NCBI RefSeq assembly: GCF_032444005.1 | Contig: NC_091282.1 | Span: 637,484,001-637,548,000 of the forward strand | Direction of reading: 5' to 3' | DNA: 64,000 nt | Source of the DNA: Ranitomeya imitator | Taxonomy: Eukaryota | Part shown: piece by piece, positions 59,820-64,000 of the stretch | Layout of the letters: each line of letters starts with the position of its first letter | Position numbering within the stretch: the first letter of the stretch is position 1 | The notes under the pieces: model-generated | Database searches by the model: none | The model's input: the letters and a program-made list of their open reading frames with translations, nothing else | What the model was told of the DNA's origin: nothing | Translations under genes and position numbers: made by a program

Positions 59820-61204
59820 GCATGTAAATACAACCAAAATGTTTCTGTGTGATGGTGCAATATGTTAGCACTTGGGGCACTTTCAACATTTGCCCTGGAC
59901 CCTGCTTTGTCTAAACCAGCCCTAAAGCACTACTTTATCTGAGGAGAAAAGGGTATCTGGAAGTCTGGGTGACCTACTCGACTATCACCCAGACTTAGAC
60001 ATTTTCCCAATGGCTTCCATGCTTGAGAATGGGCTGAACAGTCCATTGAAAAATGTCCTGTGAGACCACAGTAGAAACAAGAGTCCAAGATCCTGTCTCT
60101 GTTTTTTCTCCAAACTAGCCGGGAGAGACAAAGTAAACTAAAACATAACTTTTAATGCAGGTTTTTTTTTAAACAATGGATAACTAAAGAAAAACAAACC
60201 AAAAGTGATAAAGGGCAAAGTGCTAAAAGTTACCAGTGCTCAATAATAAATGGTTTGATCTCACCAGAATTGTAGTCCTTTTCTGCAGGTTGCAGGTATG
60301 CAGGAGCTAATGAGATGACTATATAATCCGGAGGGGAGAATGGGAGAAATTCTAATATCTCCTGTCATTCTCTTGCCCTTGCAAGGACTGTCCCCAAGTA
60401 AGGTTACAAAATTGTACCCACCAAGTCATGTATATTCTCCCTAAGTGTTTCCTCCCCCATTTGGGAGATTCATCAAGGGAGAGAAAAATTGTAAATGTGG
60501 GAGTTTATGAATTCCTGCATTGGCAGGCAATTCACATATCAGGTCCCACCAGTTTAGGTTAAGACTCATTTTCCTATAAAGCCTGGTAAGCCAAAATCCT
60601 TATTGGAATGCCCCTCTTAAATAGTTTCTGGCTCACCCTTGTGTTCCTTGGCATCTGTCCTCACTTCCGGTCTCTAATTGTACCCTGGAGCGCAAATCCT
60701 GTATATCATCCGGCATCTACCCTCATTTCCGGTCTTTGGACCGCATTGTGAAACGCAGATCCACCGGAAGTGACGCGCATGTATGTTATCCAGCCTTCAT
60801 GCTTACTTCCGGTCTTTGGACCGCACTGTGGAGCACAAGTCCTCCGGAAGTGACGCATGCGCGCACCTCCCCACACTTAGATGTTATGTGGCTTCACTTC
60901 CTGTAATTGGACCGCATGCTGAAGCACACATATCTCGACAACATACTATTAACCCAAGAAGGGATCAAAGAGGGCGGAGCTCATTCCCCAATGTAAAGTA
61001 TACCCCCTCATTAAAACATACACCAAGATGCTAATCCTAGGTGATATTTATATATATAATGGCACCTGGTAAGAATACTATATTGTAAAAACCATATCCC
61101 TTATGATCACTCCAGCTTATATACAATAAACATGATTCACATTATATCACTGTGTACTTTTTACACACAGAGTTAACGTGTATCTCCTCCATGTATGCAA
61201 TTAT

Positions 61205-61392
61205 AACTGTTTCCTTCCCCACCATCCTGTAGAATGTATGCTCGCAAGGCCAGGGTCCTCTCGCCTCTGTATCAGTCTGTCATTGTTAGTTTGCTTACAG
61301 TAAATGATATCTATAACTTGTATTGTAACCTCTTCTCATGTACAGCACCATGGAATCAATGGTGCTATATAAATAATAATAATAATTATAAT
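61205..61392 (+). mobile_element. 3' end of an L2/CR1-like LINE
   Basis: ...TGTACAGCACCATGGAATCAATGGTGCTATATAAAT(AAT)n tail typical of amphibian L2 ends. Confidence 0.65.
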
Positions 61393-62188
61393 AATATGGG
61401 CTTCACATATGCCTTTTTCATCATATTCAACTTTCCCCATTCTATTAAACCTACCCCTTTCCAAAACATAGATCCTTTATGTATTGTTTTCTCACTTAGT
61501 CACTTGATAAGAGATGTGTAGAACCCCCAAATCTGCTAAAGAAAGTAAAGATGTTTAAAGGGGGGAGAAAGAAGAAAAAGACAGGAAGGGGAGGAGGAAG
61601 GGGGAGGGGGAAAAGGGAGCACGAAAACTGGCAGATCCAACCTCCATGTAAATTAACCTGCTTTAGGGAAGAATACAAGGCATCCCACTGCCCATCATGC
61701 CTCTCATGAATTCTGTGTTCATCCATACAGTCTGGGTTATGGCTTCCAACCAAGAACAAGGGGGATCATGCAAAACCTGAGCGTCCTTCAGGGATTCAGA
61801 CAGACCTCTATGAAATTGACACCTAAGGGCCGCATCACTCCACTGAGCCTCAGTGGACCACTGTCAGAATTCAGTACAGTAGTCCTCAGCGGTGCGGCTC
61901 CCCTGTGTAAGGATCATGATCCTAGCCTCAGTTACCTGGATTCTGTGGGGTTTTGCCATAGATATACTGTAAAGCATAAAAAAAGGCATGGGACTCATCC
62001 TCTGAAGACGGGGGTCGTAGGGTAAAGAATTGTTTACAAATCTCCCTGAACACCCTAAACTGGTTTCTCTCTAAAATTTATCAGGGAGGGCCACTACTGG
62101 TTCGGGGGAAACCAACTGAATGTCATAGGGGACAGACATCACAGTCTCCAATAGCAGTGAATGCCTAGGTGAAGTTTTCATTAGACTA

Positions 62189-63735
62189 CACTGTGTGCAG
62201 AATTATTAGGCAAGTTGTATTTTAGAGGATTATTTTTATTATTGATCAACAACTATGTTCTCAATGAACCCAAAAGACTCATAAATATAAAAAGCTTAAT
62301 ATTTTTGGAAGTTGGAGTCGGATTTTTTTAGATTTGGCTATCTTAGGAGGATATCTGTTTGTGCAGGTAACTACTACTGTGCAGAATTATTAGGCAACTT
62401 AATAAAAACCAAATATATTCCCATCTCACTTGTTTATTTTCACCAGGTAAACCAATATAACTGCACAAAATTTAGAAATAAAATTTCTGACATGCAAAAA
62501 CAAAACCCCCAAAAATGAGTGACCAATATAGCCACCTTTCTTTATGATGACACTCAACAGCCTTCCATCCATAGATTTTGTCAGTTGCTTGATCTGTTAA
62601 CGATCAACATTGTGTGCAGCAGCCACCACAGCCTCCCAGACACTGTTCCGAGAGGTGGACTGTTTTCCCTCCCTCTCGATGTCTCATTTTATGAGGGACC
62701 ACAGTTTCTCTATGGGATTCAGATCAGGTGAACAAGGGGGCCATGTCATTATTTTGTCTTCTTTGAGACCTTTACTGGCCAGCCACGCTGTGGAGTAGTT
62801 GGAGGCATGTGAAGGAGCATTGTCCTGCATGAAAATCATGTTTTTCTTGAACGATAGCGACTTCTTCCTGTACCACTGCTTGAAGAAGTTGTCTTCCAGA
62901 AACTGGCAGTAAGTCTGGGAGTTGAGCTTCACTCCATCCCCAACCTGAAATGGTCCCACAAGTTCATCTTTGATGATACCAGCCCATACCAGTACCCCAC
63001 GTCCACATTGCTGGCGTCTGAGTTGGAGTGGAGCTCTTTACCCTTTACTGATCCAGCCTCTGGCCCATCAAGTGTCACTCTCATTTCATCAGTCCATAAA
63101 ACCTTTGAAAGTCAGTCTTAAGATATTTCTTGGCCCAGTCTTGATGTTTTATCTTATGTTTCTTGTTCAAAGGTGATCGTTTTTCAGCCTTCCTTACCTT
63201 GGCCATGTCCCTGAGTATCGCACACCTTGTGCTTTTTGTTACTCCAGTAACGTTGCAGCTCTGAAATATGGCAAAACTGGTGGCAAATGGCATCTTGGCA
63301 GCTTCACGCTTGATTTTCCTCAATTCATGGGCAGTTATTTTCCACCTTTTTTGCACAACACGCTTCTTGCGACCCTGTTGGCTATTTGCCATGAAACGCT
63401 TGATTGTTCGGTGATCACGCTTCAAAAGTTTGGCAATTTCAAGACTGCTGCATCCCTTTGCAAGACATCTCAAAATTTTGGACTTTTCAGAGCCCATCAA
63501 ATCTCTCTTCTGACCCATTTTGCCAAAGGAAAGGAAGTTGCCTAATAATTAAACACCTCTTATATATGGTTTTAATGTTATTAGACAACACCAATCCTTA
63601 TTACAGAGACGCACATCACCTGATTTACTTAATTGGTAGTTGGCTCTCAAGCCTGAACAGCTTGGAGTAGGCCAGCATGTATAAAAAGTATCATGTGATC
63701 AAAATACAACTTGCCTAATAATTCTGCACACAGCA
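62189..63735 (-). mobile_element. Tc1-like transposon of DD37E (TRT-like) type, internally deleted and frameshifted
   Basis: TA-flanked TIR CACTGTGTGCAGAATTATTAGGCAAGTTGTATTTT with an inner repeat near 62372; ORFs 63081-63518 and 62684-62959; QDNAPSH-...-NPIE with 37 residues between D and E. Confidence 0.9.
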
Positions 63736-63914
63736 TAATTATTTGACCCTGCAACTGGGACTGTGATTATCCCAGACTCTGGCCTCTGTTACCCAGGTCC
63801 TGCACCATCTCAGTCAATTTCGACACCTGATTGAAGAGCGTGTGAACAGGCTCCATACTGGCGAAAAAAAAGTATATGGTCAGTTATAATGCGACACTGA
63901 ATCACTACTTACGG

Positions 63915-64000
63915 ACAACCCGTGAGACAGGGCAGTCAGGAGGTTCGAGGTCAGATACCAGGAGAGCTGGTAGTACAGGGGGTGAGACAAAGGTGTGGTC
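63915..64000 (-). mobile_element. LTR fragment of the family at ~25020-25100, runs off the window
   Basis: CCGTGAGACAG..GTCAGGAGG..GGTCAGATACCAGGAG..GTAGTACAG shared. Confidence 0.65.

Overview
Vertebrate (anuran amphibian-like; inferred from repeat families and gene sequences) genomic DNA, roughly 80% repetitive by my coordinate tally. Two host genes converge at 18.8-21.7 kb. On + are the last seven coding exons of an annexin A9-type gene (9573-18789). On - are the last three coding exons of a two-domain Ly6/uPAR (PLA2-inhibitor-gamma/SPF-like) gene with a hydrophobic GPI-like tail (24246-21686). Neither gene's 5' exons were found in the window. The rest is a deeply nested transposon landscape: (1) a chromodomain Ty3/Gypsy (26093-38874) inside an older Gypsy, itself split by a 7-kb composite hAT unit with two left ends; (2) solo LTRs nested in LTRs, with three insertions showing exact 6-bp TSDs; (3) two copies of a ~5-kb TTAA (piggyBac-like) element carrying a ~385-bp satellite and telomere-like repeats, the second interrupted by a full-length LINE-1 with intact ORF1/ORF2; (4) three Tc1-like fossils (two DD34E, one DD37E); (5) MITEs, minisatellites and one 244-nt N gap. 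Most ORFs in the supplied track are artefacts of repeats. No CRISPR, rRNA or tRNA genes were seen. No searches or alignments were run; family assignments come from motifs read by eye and recalled family knowledge.
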